Assembly (NCBI GenBank): GCA_964471565.1
Contig: CAYYFK010000002.1
Coordinates: 849-64,848, forward strand
Origin: Candidatus Woesearchaeota archaeon
GTDB lineage: Archaea > Nanobdellota > Nanobdellia > SCGC-AAA011-G17 > PNOQ01
Length of the DNA stretch: 64,000 nucleotides
Direction of reading: 5' to 3'
The stretch's first letter is position 1. Each line of letters begins with the position of its first letter. Positions 8,932 to 18,927 of this stretch are shown in pieces. The translations under genes and the position numbers were made by a program. The notes beneath the pieces are model-generated. The model had not been told where the DNA came from and ran no database searches. It was given only the letters and a program-made list of their open reading frames with translations.

Positions 8932-9403
8932 TTTCTCCTTCTCCTTCCTCTCTCCTTATAACTTTAACGGAATCTAACTTAACAGTTATTGGAATGGGAA
9001 CTGCGGCCTCTAATAATTCAACAATAACATCTTCTTTTATCGAATCAATTCTAACTACTTTGGCTTGCTCTCTTTTGAAAGGGCCAGTGATAATTTCAAC
9101 GATATCATTCTTCTTAATATTAACTTCTGTTTTAGACTGTTCTAACATAGATTCTACTTCTGAATATTCTAATGGTTTATCTAATAATCCTCTTGCATAA
9201 GGGACTCTAGCAATCCCTTCTTCTGCGTCTGTTCTTGAAGCGGCTTCAACAAAAATATAACCTCTTAAGCCATGTGGTCTAAAAGCACTATAAATTTTAA
9301 TTCCCTTTCTTTCAGCATTTGCAGCTACAAAATCTAAAACCTGGTCCTCTCTATTTGCAGTAGTTCTTAAGGCAAATATATATGTTTTTTCTTCTTCGCT
9401 CAT
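8924..9403 (-). CDS. spt5: transcription elongation factor Spt5 (NusG homolog)
   Basis: NGN domain (YIFALRTTANREDQV) plus KOW (VEIITGPFKREQAKVVRID); classical secE-spt5-L11 order. Confidence 0.8.
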   Translation of the reverse strand: MSEEEKTYIFALRTTANREDQVLDFVAANAERKGIKIYSAFRPHGLRGYIFVEAASRTDAEEGIARVPYARGLLDKPLEYSEVESMLEQSKTEVNIKKNDIVEIITGPFKREQAKVVRIDSIKEDVIVELLEAAVPIPITVKLDSVKVIRREEGEGENE

Positions 9404-9594
9404 TTTGTCAATAATGCTCCTGCTAAATAAATTAAAAAGCCAACAAAACCAATCAATAAAGTACCTAAACCTGCCACTTTAAGAGTTATTTTATACTCTT
9501 CTTTATTTGGTTTTCTTGTAACCTTCAATACCCTTTTGTTTTGTAAAAGAAAGCTCTTAAGCTTCGATCCAAAACTTTGTTTCTCTTGCTCCAT
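9400..9594 (-). CDS. secE: preprotein translocase subunit SecE (Sec61 gamma)
   Basis: 64 aa, single C-terminal TM (GTLLIGFVGFLIYLAGALL); position upstream of spt5. Confidence 0.7.
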   Translation of the reverse strand: MEQEKQSFGSKLKSFLLQNKRVLKVTRKPNKEEYKITLKVAGLGTLLIGFVGFLIYLAGALLTK

Positions 9595-9692
9595 TCTCTA
9601 GTGCCTTTAACAATCAAGAATTTAAAAATGTTGCTTTTAATAGATTTATAAATGTTTCTACTCCCTATAAAAAGAACAATAAAAAAATAAAA

Positions 9693-10805
9693 TTAATCTA
9701 CGAACTCAATACCCAATTCCTGCTCAATATCTTTTCTTTTCTTATCTGCAGGAACATTCTTATGTCCGAATATTTGGGGGCTTTGAACTCCTGTAACGAT
9801 TAACATAACCCTTAAAGTTTTGTCCATGTCCTCAGAAACTTGCGCTCCCCAGATGATTTTTGCATCTTCATCTAGTCTTTGAGAAACACTTTCAACAACA
9901 CCCTTGGCTTCTGCTAATGACATATCGGATCCACCAACAATGTTAATCAGTGCGCCATCTGCTCCGGTTATATCAACATCAAGCAATGGATTGTTGATTG
10001 CGTGTTCAACAGCTTCCATTGCTCTATTTTCACTATCAGATTCGCCAACACCAATAGAAGCAGCACCTCCTTTTCCCATAACAGTCTTAATATCAGCAAA
10101 GTCTAGATTAACCAATCCTGCTTTTGTAACTAACTCTGCAATTCCTTTAACTGCATTAGTCAAGATTTCATCAGCTACCTTAAAAGAAGTGTGCAAAGGT
10201 AAGTCTGGAGCTAAATCTAGTAATTTATCATTCGGAATAACTATTAATGTATCTACAATATTCTCTAATTTTTCTAATCCAATAAGTGCATTCTCATATC
10301 TTCTTTGACCTTCCATTTCAAAAGGAATAGTAACTATGCCGACAGTGAGAATTCCCAATTTCTTAGCAATATCTGCAATAACAGGGCCACTTCCAGTTCC
10401 AGTTCCTCCACCAAGACCACAAGTAACAAAGACCATATCTGCACCTTTCAAAGAATCTCTTATCTCATGTTCGCTTTCTCTTGCAGCTTCCTCACCAACT
10501 TGAGGAACACTACCGGCTCCAAGTCCTTGAGTAAGTTCTCTTCCAATTAAAATTTTAGTATTAGCATTATTATATAATAAATCTTGAGCATCTGTATTAA
10601 TAGCAATTGTTTGTGCACCCGCAATTCCAACTTCAGAAATTCTATTAATAGTATTGTTTCCAGCACCACCAGCACCGACAACTTTTATTTTTGCCTTCTG
10701 TGCAGAAATTAATGATTCTAATTCTTCATCAATATTACTCAATTTTTCGGGCAACGCCCTAGAAATCGAATCAACAGATTTTGCATCTTCAATAAAGCTT
10801 TCCAT
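9693..10805 (-). CDS. ftsZ: cell division GTPase FtsZ
   Basis: GAGGAGNN nucleotide loop, GGGTGTG tubulin signature, T7 loop region; 370 aa. Confidence 0.9.
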   Translation of the reverse strand: MESFIEDAKSVDSISRALPEKLSNIDEELESLISAQKAKIKVVGAGGAGNNTINRISEVGIAGAQTIAINTDAQDLLYNNANTKILIGRELTQGLGAGSVPQVGEEAARESEHEIRDSLKGADMVFVTCGLGGGTGTGSGPVIADIAKKLGILTVGIVTIPFEMEGQRRYENALIGLEKLENIVDTLIVIPNDKLLDLAPDLPLHTSFKVADEILTNAVKGIAELVTKAGLVNLDFADIKTVMGKGGAASIGVGESDSENRAMEAVEHAINNPLLDVDITGADGALINIVGGSDMSLAEAKGVVESVSQRLDEDAKIIWGAQVSEDMDKTLRVMLIVTGVQSPQIFGHKNVPADKKRKDIEQELGIEFVD

Positions 10806-10861
10806 CTTTAACCCCTTTAATAGTGTTATTTGGGGGAAATAATCTCAATATATAAAGTTAA

Positions 10862-11536
10862 TTATTCTTGAGTGGTTGCTTTGCTTTTTACCTCGGAAAA
10901 CTCAATAGAATTGATTTCTGGAACTAATTTAGATATTTTTTCCTTAACAGCATTCAACATAACGTCAGGAAGTTTTAGTTCACTCTTTATTATCATTTTA
11001 TCTGCGTTAACTTCAAGTTCATATTTGCTTGGATCCAATCTAAGGAACATTTTTAGCAAACTTTGAACCTTTTCTTTAGGATCATCCAAAATCTTTTTAA
11101 TTTTTACATCAAAAATCAAATCTTTACCTGCAAAGGGGTGATTAAAATCAACAGAAACCCTTCCACCAGACACGCTTCTAACAATCCCCATCATATTTTC
11201 TGCATTTATCTGCATCCCGGGATAAGGATTCATTTTTTGTTTTGTAAATAATGATTTAGAAACAACTCTAACTAATTTAGGATCTTTTGTCCCATATGCC
11301 TCTTCAGTCTCAATTTCAAAAGTATAATTTTTTTCTGTTTCAGATCCTTCTAAATTTTTATCTAGACCCTTTATTACCTGTCCCTCACCAACACAAACAA
11401 TTAAAGGTTCATAAGAGGGTTTTTGCAACTTATTTTGTTCTCCAATTTCTTTTACAGAAGTATCGAAAACTTGATCATTAGTGAACTTTCCAGTGTAGTC
11501 CAATTCAATAAAATCTCCTTTCTTAATCTTTGCCAT
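10862..11536 (-). CDS. FKBP-type peptidyl-prolyl cis-trans isomerase (long archaeal SlyD-like)
   Basis: GDFIELDYTGKF...VFDTS and CVGEGQVIKGLD FKBP core plus insert-in-flap domain. Confidence 0.75.
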   Translation of the reverse strand: MAKIKKGDFIELDYTGKFTNDQVFDTSVKEIGEQNKLQKPSYEPLIVCVGEGQVIKGLDKNLEGSETEKNYTFEIETEEAYGTKDPKLVRVVSKSLFTKQKMNPYPGMQINAENMMGIVRSVSGGRVSVDFNHPFAGKDLIFDVKIKKILDDPKEKVQSLLKMFLRLDPSKYELEVNADKMIIKSELKLPDVMLNAVKEKISKLVPEINSIEFSEVKSKATTQE

Positions 11537-11615
11537 AGGAAATTGAGAAAGACCACTCTATTTAAAGTTTACTCTCAATCAAAAACCTTATTAATCAAAC
11601 TAAATATTCATAAAT

Positions 11616-12377
11616 ATGTTTTTTGGACTTAGTGGAGGATGGGACATAGCACTTATTATTCTTTTATATATTCTCTCTGGCCTAAAAGTAGTTACTGAAT
11701 ATCAAAGAGGAGTTAGATTTACTCTTGGAAAGTTTACTAGTGTAATGAAACCCGGATTGAGAATAGTTTTTCCAATAATTCAAAAATGGAAAAGAGTAGA
11801 CATGAGAATCAAAGCAATAGATGTTCCCAATCAAGATTGTATGACAAAAGACAATGTTAGTTTAAATGTAAATGCAGTATTATATTACAAAGTAGATACT
11901 GCCCAAAGTGCAATATTAAAAGTTGAAAATTATAACTATGCAGTTTCACAATTAGCTCAAACAACAATGAGAGATGTTGTAGGGGAAGTTTCTTTGGACA
12001 AAGTACTTAGTGAAAGAGAGGCATTAAGTAAAAGAATACAACAAATTGTTGACAAAGCAACCGACCCATGGGGAATAAAAGTGGAATCTGTAGAACTAAA
12101 ACACATAGAATTAGCAGAGAATCTAAAAAGAACCATGGCAAAAGAAGCCGAGGCAGAAAGAGAGAAAAGAGCAGTAATTATCAAAGCACAAGGAGAGGTT
12201 GTAGCTGCAAAAGATATGGCAAAAGCAGCCACAATATTATCTGGCTCATCGGGCGCATTACATCTAAGAACACTTCAAACTCTAAATGATCTTAGTTCTG
12301 ACCAGAGCAATACAATAGTTTTTGCTACACCAATTGAAGTTCTTGAAGCATTTAAGGGATTAGCAAAGAAAAAATAA
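11616..12377 (+). CDS. SPFH/band-7 (stomatin/prohibitin-like) membrane protein
   Basis: N-terminal TM, then VVTEYQRGVRFTLGKF...IKAIDVPNQDCMTKDNV SPFH pattern, AEAEREK coiled-coil tail. Confidence 0.8.
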   Translation: MFFGLSGGWDIALIILLYILSGLKVVTEYQRGVRFTLGKFTSVMKPGLRIVFPIIQKWKRVDMRIKAIDVPNQDCMTKDNVSLNVNAVLYYKVDTAQSAILKVENYNYAVSQLAQTTMRDVVGEVSLDKVLSEREALSKRIQQIVDKATDPWGIKVESVELKHIELAENLKRTMAKEAEAEREKRAVIIKAQGEVVAAKDMAKAATILSGSSGALHLRTLQTLNDLSSDQSNTIVFATPIEVLEAFKGLAKKK

Positions 12378-12415
12378 TTAAAAACTATTATAAATTTCTT
12401 ACAACTCCTTATTTT

Positions 12416-12706
12416 ATGGTGAACTGGAGAGAAAATATAAAACAACCATTAAAATTATATCTAGACAAAGTAATAAAGAATTCTGCAGAACACAAAGACA
12501 CAATTGCTCAAGCTGAAGACAAAAAAACGGCACAACTTTGGATATCTCTAGCACAACTCTCAAAGGAGTTAAGAGAGTCAAAAATAAGAGTAAAATATTT
12601 AGAAACAATAGTGACAGAGTTGTTAGAAGAGAAGAAAAAAGGACTAAGATCTAAAAAAAAGAAGGAAGAAGTGGACAAATTAATAAAAACACTAAAGAAG
12701 TTTTAA
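12416..12706 (+). CDS. hypothetical coiled-coil protein
   Basis: 96-aa K/E-rich ORF downstream of SPFH gene; no motif. Confidence 0.3.
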   Translation: MVNWRENIKQPLKLYLDKVIKNSAEHKDTIAQAEDKKTAQLWISLAQLSKELRESKIRVKYLETIVTELLEEKKKGLRSKKKKEEVDKLIKTLKKF

Positions 12707-12747
12707 AACAATAATTTTATAAATATCTTTTTTTCTCAATTTAATGT

Positions 12748-13134
12748 ATGGATAAAAAAGTAGTGCACGCTTCTAGCCTAAAAGTTGGGGGATATGTCAT
12801 TTTTGATAACGTAGCCTGCAAGGTATCTTCAATAGATATCTCAAGAACAGGAAAGCATGGGCATGCAAAGGCAAGAATATCTGCAATCTCATTAACAGAC
12901 GGCACAAAGAAAGTAAAGTTATACCCTGGGCATGATAAAGTCGAGGTCCCGATAATTGAGAAGGAGGCGGCTCAAGTTCTTTCGGTATCTGGCGAAAAAG
13001 CAAACGTGATGGATATGAAAACATATGAAACATTTGATTTAGATATTCCTAATGATTTACAAGGAAAAGTAAAAGAAGGAGACCAAGTAACATATTGGAC
13101 AATATTGGGAGAAAAAGTATTAAAACAAAAATAA
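12748..13134 (+). CDS. eif5a: translation initiation factor 5A (aIF5A)
   Basis: Hypusination loop STGKHGHAK; SH3-like plus OB fold length, 128 aa. Confidence 0.85.
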   Translation: MDKKVVHASSLKVGGYVIFDNVACKVSSIDISRTGKHGHAKARISAISLTDGTKKVKLYPGHDKVEVPIIEKEAAQVLSVSGEKANVMDMKTYETFDLDIPNDLQGKVKEGDQVTYWTILGEKVLKQK

Positions 13135-13135
13135 G

Positions 13136-13303
13136 ATGGCAACTAAATTTCCAGAAGCACAAAGAAGACTTTTTATGAATGTTTTTGTGTGTAAAAAATG
13201 TAAGTCAAAGCGAAGATCAACAATGCAAAAGGTACTAGAAGGAAAAATAATTTGTAAGAAGTGTGGTTGCAAAGCATTTAGACCATTAAGAAAAGCAAAA
13301 TAA
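13136..13303 (+). CDS. rpl40e: ribosomal protein L40e (eL40)
   Basis: 55-aa ORF MATKFPEAQRRLFMNVFVCKKCKSKRRS...ICKKCGCKAFRPLRKAK with C4 zinc ribbon; 1 nt after the aIF5A stop; below ORF-track threshold. Confidence 0.65.
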   Translation: MATKFPEAQRRLFMNVFVCKKCKSKRRSTMQKVLEGKIICKKCGCKAFRPLRKAK

Positions 13304-13304
13304 A

Positions 13305-14522
13305 ATGATAGATGTAGATATCTTATTATTTGGATTATTGGTTTTATTCTTAGCAATATTTATTTTTAGAACAAGAAAGAAAATAGAATTACAAAAGATA
13401 GCTTATCCTTTCCTATATATGATAATTTATCGGACAAAGTTAGGGTTAGGAAAAATGGATTCCCTAGCAAATAGATTTCCAAAAACACTAAAGGTTTTGA
13501 GTTACATTTCTATTACAATTGGATATCTGGGAATGTTAGCCATACTAGTTTTATTAGTTAAGGGAGCGTACGAGTTTCTCTTTCTAAATATGCCCTCTCC
13601 TGTAGGATTAGTTTTACCAAAAGTTAAAATTGCGGCAGGGCTTCCAACGTTATCTTTTATGCATTGGGTAATTGCAATAATAATTCTAGCATCAGTACAC
13701 GAGTTTTCACACGGAGTATTTGCTAGATTAAACAAAATAAAAATTAAATCGTCTGGTTTTGCATTCTTGGGAATTTTACTTCCAATTTTGCCTGCAGCAT
13801 TTGTAGAGCCAGATGAGAAACAAATGAAAAAAGCACCAAAGAAAGCACAAATCTCAGTTTTATCTGCAGGGTCATTTGCTAATTTTATTACTGCTTTTGT
13901 AGTTTTTCTAATTATGATATTGGTTGCTGTCCCAATAGACTCATATTTTGCTGACCAACCTTCTGAATTGGTAATTAAAGATTTGGATGAAGGTGGACCT
14001 CTAAAAATTGCAGGAATTGAAAATGGAGATAAATTAGTAATGATTAATAGCCATGAGATATCAAAGGCAGAAGACATTTTTTTGGCCTTAGATGGAACAA
14101 TTCCTCACCAGACAATAGAGGTTGTAACAGATAAAGGAAGTTATCCAGTTACCCTTAAAGAGCATCCAGAAAACAATGCGATTGGATATATGGGCCTAAG
14201 AGAGATAGAGCTTTCTTGTAGTCCCCAAAGTTATGAAGGCTGTTCAAACATTAAATCAAAATCCCTTGGTTGGGTTTTTATGTTATTATATTGGTTATTT
14301 ATAATTAATCTTGGAGTTGGTTTATTTAATCTTCTACCATTAGGAATACTTGATGGGGGAAAGATGTTTTATTTGGCAGCATTACATTTTACAAAGAGTG
14401 AAACAATTTCAAAAAGAATTTACAAGTACATGAACATATTTTTAATAATGCTTCTGTTAACTTTGATATTACCTCAATTGTATGATGCTTTAATTGCTCC
14501 GTTAATTTCTCTTATAATTTAA
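13305..14522 (+). CDS. site-2 protease (M50 intramembrane metalloprotease) with PDZ domain
   Basis: HEFSHGVFAR HExxH in a TM helix, central PDZ-like segment, NLLPLGILDGG motif. Confidence 0.75.
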   Translation: MIDVDILLFGLLVLFLAIFIFRTRKKIELQKIAYPFLYMIIYRTKLGLGKMDSLANRFPKTLKVLSYISITIGYLGMLAILVLLVKGAYEFLFLNMPSPVGLVLPKVKIAAGLPTLSFMHWVIAIIILASVHEFSHGVFARLNKIKIKSSGFAFLGILLPILPAAFVEPDEKQMKKAPKKAQISVLSAGSFANFITAFVVFLIMILVAVPIDSYFADQPSELVIKDLDEGGPLKIAGIENGDKLVMINSHEISKAEDIFLALDGTIPHQTIEVVTDKGSYPVTLKEHPENNAIGYMGLREIELSCSPQSYEGCSNIKSKSLGWVFMLLYWLFIINLGVGLFNLLPLGILDGGKMFYLAALHFTKSETISKRIYKYMNIFLIMLLLTLILPQLYDALIAPLISLII

Positions 14523-16465
14523 AGAAAGATAGGATCATTGGTACATCCATTTCCTTGATCCCAATCAACTACACACTCCCAATTGACACAATTACAATGA
14601 CTGCCTGAGTCACAATATGCCCCTCCAGAATATGTAATATCTGGATAAATCCCTTCAGCAAGTGGGTATTGTAGATAGGATCCGCATATTTCCCAGCACT
14701 CTATTTGACCAGTAGATAAATTTGCGAGATTGGGGTTAAGATAAGTATTTTCACAACAAGCGTCGCTTGGATCGGAAGGATCTCCTCCAGTATCACAACA
14801 TATTGTATCTTGGAAAGTTTGACTCAACGGATTGCTCTGATAATCTAGGAATTCAGAGTAATCATTACAACCCAAAGGTATTTGGCAATCTTGATTATAC
14901 TCACATATTTCCTTCCAACCCCCTAGATTTGGTTGCGGATCACATGAAGCGCAACAACCAGGTCCAGATTCTTCTAAGTTATATCCTGCAACATCTTTTA
15001 AGATTTCGAAATAAATTGGTCTTGAGGTAATAGATAAATTTATCCAAGCCCTCACAAGATAATCTTCTCCAAACCCCTCATTTTCTATTAAAATATATTC
15101 GGTGGGGGAACCTAAGCTAGAAACATAGTTCACCGGCGTAGATTCAGTAACAACATCATCAGCAATGATACTTTCAGCATTGTTGTTGGTGAATGCAAAA
15201 TAGTATTTCCCCTCATAATTAAATAGGAATGGGCTCTCGGCACTAAATTGTCCATATCCTCTAGTTGCCTGTATTGGCTCTTGTAAAACCCACCCCCTAT
15301 CCAAATTATTTGAAGTTGCATATGCTACTACATTTTTATCAGAAGAATCATCAACTAGGGTACTCAAATACATTATCCAATTTCCATCTTCTTTTTTATA
15401 AACCATTGGATCTCTGCAGGCCCTCTTGCCTTGAGAGGTTTCAGCATCATCCCCCCAAAGGTTCCAAGATACATCACAATCTAAAATAAATCCTTGTTTT
15501 TCCCAATTATATGCATCAGTAGAGGTAGCTAACATTATTCTTTGAGCATAACATTGTCCGGCTCCAGGACAATCTTCCATTTTGACGCCAGTATAAAACA
15601 TATAATAAGTCCCTCCCTCATAGACAACATGCGGGGCCCAGACAGATAAAGAATCAAAATCCTCGGGATTGCTACTTACTTGAATAATCTCTGGATTGAG
15701 GTTCCAATTTACAAGATCTGTTGAAGTATAATGCAAAAACTCATTTTCAGCAAGAGGATCATAAGGTTTACAATAACTAGTTACACATTCACACCCCGGT
15801 TCAGCAGCACATTTAATTGACTTGATAGAGATAATATGGAAGTAACCATATTGGTCTTTAAAAAATGTAAAATCCTTCAATCCATATTCCGTAGATTGAT
15901 CAGAATACAAAATACTATCCGAGTAATCAGAGTACTCACAATTAAACTCACAACTTGGCCTTCCTTCTTCCCACACAAATTCACCAGGATCCGCCATTTC
16001 TTCACCACACTCCCTAACTGAAGAAGTAATAGCAGAAGCATATTCTACTGGAGTAACTTCCCCATCTAAATTTATACTCGGTATAATTTTAACAGAAGTA
16101 ATATCTCCATTGGCACAATTCAATCCATCTAAATGAACCCAGCCTTGTTGATAGGGGAGAATTACTTTATCTTTTGATAATATCTGTTGTCCACCCGTAA
16201 AATCAACAAGAATATCAATTTTCTCTATTATAACATTCCCATCATTTGCCACAAATACACATAAATTACTGTTATCACAATCAAAACCATAACCATAACT
16301 ATCCAACCCAACGACAGTATTAGCTACTTCAGTTTTTTGGCTCTCTTTATCTATTTCTCCTTTAAGAAAATCAAAACCCCAATTATAAACAAGTATAGAT
16401 GCAATTATAACAAACCCAACTATAAGGACAGTAGCAATTAAAGGACTAATACCTCTCTTTTTCAT
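14519..16465 (-). CDS. large secreted Cys-rich protein with class III (pilin-like) signal peptide and beta-propeller glycosidase-like core
   Basis: N-terminus MKKRGISPLIATVLIVGFVIIA resembles a prepilin-peptidase (KRG/IS) site; WAPHVVYEGGTYYMFYTG and RDPMVY motifs recall GH43/GH32 propellers; more than 40 Cys. Confidence 0.45.
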   Translation of the reverse strand: MKKRGISPLIATVLIVGFVIIASILVYNWGFDFLKGEIDKESQKTEVANTVVGLDSYGYGFDCDNSNLCVFVANDGNVIIEKIDILVDFTGGQQILSKDKVILPYQQGWVHLDGLNCANGDITSVKIIPSINLDGEVTPVEYASAITSSVRECGEEMADPGEFVWEEGRPSCEFNCEYSDYSDSILYSDQSTEYGLKDFTFFKDQYGYFHIISIKSIKCAAEPGCECVTSYCKPYDPLAENEFLHYTSTDLVNWNLNPEIIQVSSNPEDFDSLSVWAPHVVYEGGTYYMFYTGVKMEDCPGAGQCYAQRIMLATSTDAYNWEKQGFILDCDVSWNLWGDDAETSQGKRACRDPMVYKKEDGNWIMYLSTLVDDSSDKNVVAYATSNNLDRGWVLQEPIQATRGYGQFSAESPFLFNYEGKYYFAFTNNNAESIIADDVVTESTPVNYVSSLGSPTEYILIENEGFGEDYLVRAWINLSITSRPIYFEILKDVAGYNLEESGPGCCASCDPQPNLGGWKEICEYNQDCQIPLGCNDYSEFLDYQSNPLSQTFQDTICCDTGGDPSDPSDACCENTYLNPNLANLSTGQIECWEICGSYLQYPLAEGIYPDITYSGGAYCDSGSHCNCVNWECVVDWDQGNGCTNDPIFL

Positions 16466-16539
16466 GCCTTAAAAATGAAATTTTAGGTTTATATAAATTT
16501 CTATAACCTTTATAAATATATTTTATTCACTAAATTAAA

Positions 16540-17283
16540 ATGTTAATAGATGTACACTGTCATTTGGATTACAAAGATTTTGATAAAGATAGAGAAGAAG
16601 TAATTGAGAGAGCCAAAAATAATAATGTAAAAGTTATAATTTCTAATGGAACAGACTTAGAAAGCAACAAAAAAGTTCTAGAATTATCAAAAAAATATGA
16701 AATAATTAAACCAGCTTTTGGACTATATCCAGTAGAAGCAGAATCTATGTCAGAAAAAGAAATAGATAAATCTTTAGATTTCATTAAAAATAATAATCCT
16801 GTAGCCATCGGAGAAGTTGGTTTAGATTTACACAACGGAAAAGATATAGAAAAACAAAAACAGGTCCTAAGAAGATTAATAGAATTATCAAGAGAATTAG
16901 ACATACCAATAATAATTCATTCAAGGAAAGCAGAAGAAGAAGTAATAGAACTTCTAAAAGAAACTAAACCAAATAAAGTAATTTTACACTGTTTTTGCGG
17001 AAATAAAGAATTAACAGAAGAAGCAGAGAAACTAGGATATTTGTTTTCAATCCCCACATCAATAACCAGAACTAAGACATTCAAGAAATTAGCAAAGAGA
17101 ATACAGCTAAAATCCATATTAACAGAAACAGATGCACCATTTCTAAGTCCATACGAAGGAAAAAGAAACGAACCTTCTTTCATAAAGGAAACGATAAAGA
17201 AAATATCTGAAATAAAAGGAATAACAGAAGAAGAATTAGAAAAAATAATTTTCATGAATTATCAAAATTTATTCAAAAAATGA
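16540..17283 (+). CDS. tatD: TatD-family metal-dependent DNase/hydrolase
   Basis: MLIDVHCHLD start and conserved His/Glu/Asp positions (IIHSR, ILHCF, TETDAPF). Confidence 0.8.
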   Translation: MLIDVHCHLDYKDFDKDREEVIERAKNNNVKVIISNGTDLESNKKVLELSKKYEIIKPAFGLYPVEAESMSEKEIDKSLDFIKNNNPVAIGEVGLDLHNGKDIEKQKQVLRRLIELSRELDIPIIIHSRKAEEEVIELLKETKPNKVILHCFCGNKELTEEAEKLGYLFSIPTSITRTKTFKKLAKRIQLKSILTETDAPFLSPYEGKRNEPSFIKETIKKISEIKGITEEELEKIIFMNYQNLFKK

Positions 17284-18212
17284 ATGCAGGAAAAAAACAA
17301 CTAATAAAACAAGGATATAGATTTACGGGAGAGCATAGTTCTGTAAAAATATGTGAATGGACAAAAAGAGCTCTAAAAAAAGAAGGAGTTTGCTATAAAC
17401 AAAAATTCTATGGAATCAACACAAGTCAATGTGTACAAATGACTCCAACAATGGTTTGTCCAAATAGATGTCAATTTTGTTGGCGTTCTTTAGATTTATA
17501 CACTGCAGAAGAAATGAAAGAGATTGACAACCCAAAAGAAATAATAAAAAAATCAGTAGAGCAACAAAAATTATTATTGGAGGGATTTGGAGGAAATAAA
17601 AATATCGATAAAGAATTATTAAACAAAGCATTAGATCCAAAACACTTCGCAATTTCTTTAACAGGAGAACCTACAATATACCCAAAACTAAATGAATTAA
17701 TAGCAGAATTACACAAACAAAAATTCACCTCTTTCCTAGTAACAAATGGAATGTTTCCAGAGGCCTTAGAAAAGCTAGAAGAATTACCAACCCAACTATA
17801 CTTATCTTTAGACGCACCAACAAAAGAACTATATAAAAAAATAGATAATCCAATGTTGAAAGATTACTGGGAAAGATTCAATAGATCTCTAGAGTTTTTA
17901 TCAAAAGCAAAAACAAGAACAGTGATTAGGATAACAGCAGTAAAAGAATTAAATATGCTCAATGAAGAAGATTATGCTAAACTAATAAATAAATCAAATC
18001 CAATGTTTGTAGAAATTAAATCGTATTCTTGGGTAGGGGAATCAAGAGAAAGATTAACAGAGGAGAACGTTCCTTCTTATGAAGATTGTTTAAGCTTTGC
18101 AAAAAAAATAGCAAAACAAATAAATTATAAAATAATAGATGAACATAGAGAATCAAAAGCAATTTTATTAGCAAAAGAAGATTTTCCAGAAAGGATTTTA
18201 AATTTTAATTAA
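17280..18212 (+). CDS. taw1: tRNA 4-demethylwyosine synthase Taw1 (TYW1, radical SAM)
   Basis: KICEWTKRALKKEGVCYK N-terminal Cys cluster plus CPNRCQFCWR radical-SAM motif; about 310 aa as in archaeal Taw1. Confidence 0.7.
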   Translation: MNAGKKQLIKQGYRFTGEHSSVKICEWTKRALKKEGVCYKQKFYGINTSQCVQMTPTMVCPNRCQFCWRSLDLYTAEEMKEIDNPKEIIKKSVEQQKLLLEGFGGNKNIDKELLNKALDPKHFAISLTGEPTIYPKLNELIAELHKQKFTSFLVTNGMFPEALEKLEELPTQLYLSLDAPTKELYKKIDNPMLKDYWERFNRSLEFLSKAKTRTVIRITAVKELNMLNEEDYAKLINKSNPMFVEIKSYSWVGESRERLTEENVPSYEDCLSFAKKIAKQINYKIIDEHRESKAILLAKEDFPERILNFN

Positions 18213-18794
18213 TTTTCCTAGTGGTCCAGGATTAATCAAAATAGTTTTTCCAATTTTATCCATCTCTCCAAAGTTTTCATGTAGATGTCCAGATAAAGCC
18301 AACATTGGTTTATTTTTTTCAATAAATTTTCTGTAAGACTTATTACCAACATGATCAAAATATTCTAGATTATCTAGTTTATTTCCATATGGGGGCTGAT
18401 GTGTAATCAAAACAACTTTTTTACCTTTTATTCTTTTTTCAACCGATTTAGAAACTTTTTCAAATTCTTTATTTTCACTACTGAATCCATCTCCACCATA
18501 ACCAAAGAAAACATAATCATTAATTTCAAAAATACCTCTATGTAAATAAATAATATTCTCAAATTTATCACATATCTTTTTCATATCTCCTGCTTCTTCA
18601 TGGTTTCCAGGTATAACTAAGAAGGGAATTTTGATTTTATTCAATTTTTCTAAGATTTCCCGCAGATTCTTTTCAAAAATAGTTAAATCTCCAGGACAAA
18701 TTATTAAATCTGGTTTTTTTGATCTAGCCAGTTTAGTGACCTCTCTGATGATTTGTTCATTTCCATGTGGATCTGTAAAAGCTAAAAGTTTCAT
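18198..18794 (-). CDS. calcineurin-like metallophosphoesterase
   Basis: MKLLAFTDPHG, ICPGDLT, VIPGNHE and GHLH motifs. Track start at 18890 is over-extended; ATG at 18794 gives the canonical N-terminus. Confidence 0.7.
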   Translation of the reverse strand: MKLLAFTDPHGNEQIIREVTKLARSKKPDLIICPGDLTIFEKNLREILEKLNKIKIPFLVIPGNHEEAGDMKKICDKFENIIYLHRGIFEINDYVFFGYGGDGFSSENKEFEKVSKSVEKRIKGKKVVLITHQPPYGNKLDNLEYFDHVGNKSYRKFIEKNKPMLALSGHLHENFGEMDKIGKTILINPGPLGKLIKI

Positions 18795-18825
18795 AAAAAA
18801 ACAAAGAAAGAAATGGTTTAAAAAG

Positions 18826-18927
18826 TTATGTTTCGGCAAGATATCCTTGAAAATAGGCACTATCGTACTCATCCATAGCACCAATCTCAATAAGCTCTTC
18901 TTGGTCCTCTAAAACGTAAGGATTCAT
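18826..18927 (-). CDS. small acidic ORF (33 aa), translationally coupled
   Basis: ATG overlaps upstream TGA (ATGA); preceded by GGGGGTGAT Shine-Dalgarno-like sequence; MNPYVLEDQEELIEIGAMDEYDSAYFQGYLAET. Confidence 0.3.
   Translation of the reverse strand: MNPYVLEDQEELIEIGAMDEYDSAYFQGYLAET

Noticed and set aside
13136-13303. Apparent frameshift in L40e during first reading
   Set aside because: Re-indexing against the ORF-track start of the next gene (13305) shows the sequence is aagtgtggttgc and the L40e frame is intact.
18795-18890. Extended N-terminus (32 aa) of the metallophosphoesterase ORF
   Set aside because: Hydrophobic junk upstream of a canonical MKLLAFTDPHG start; the internal ATG was chosen.
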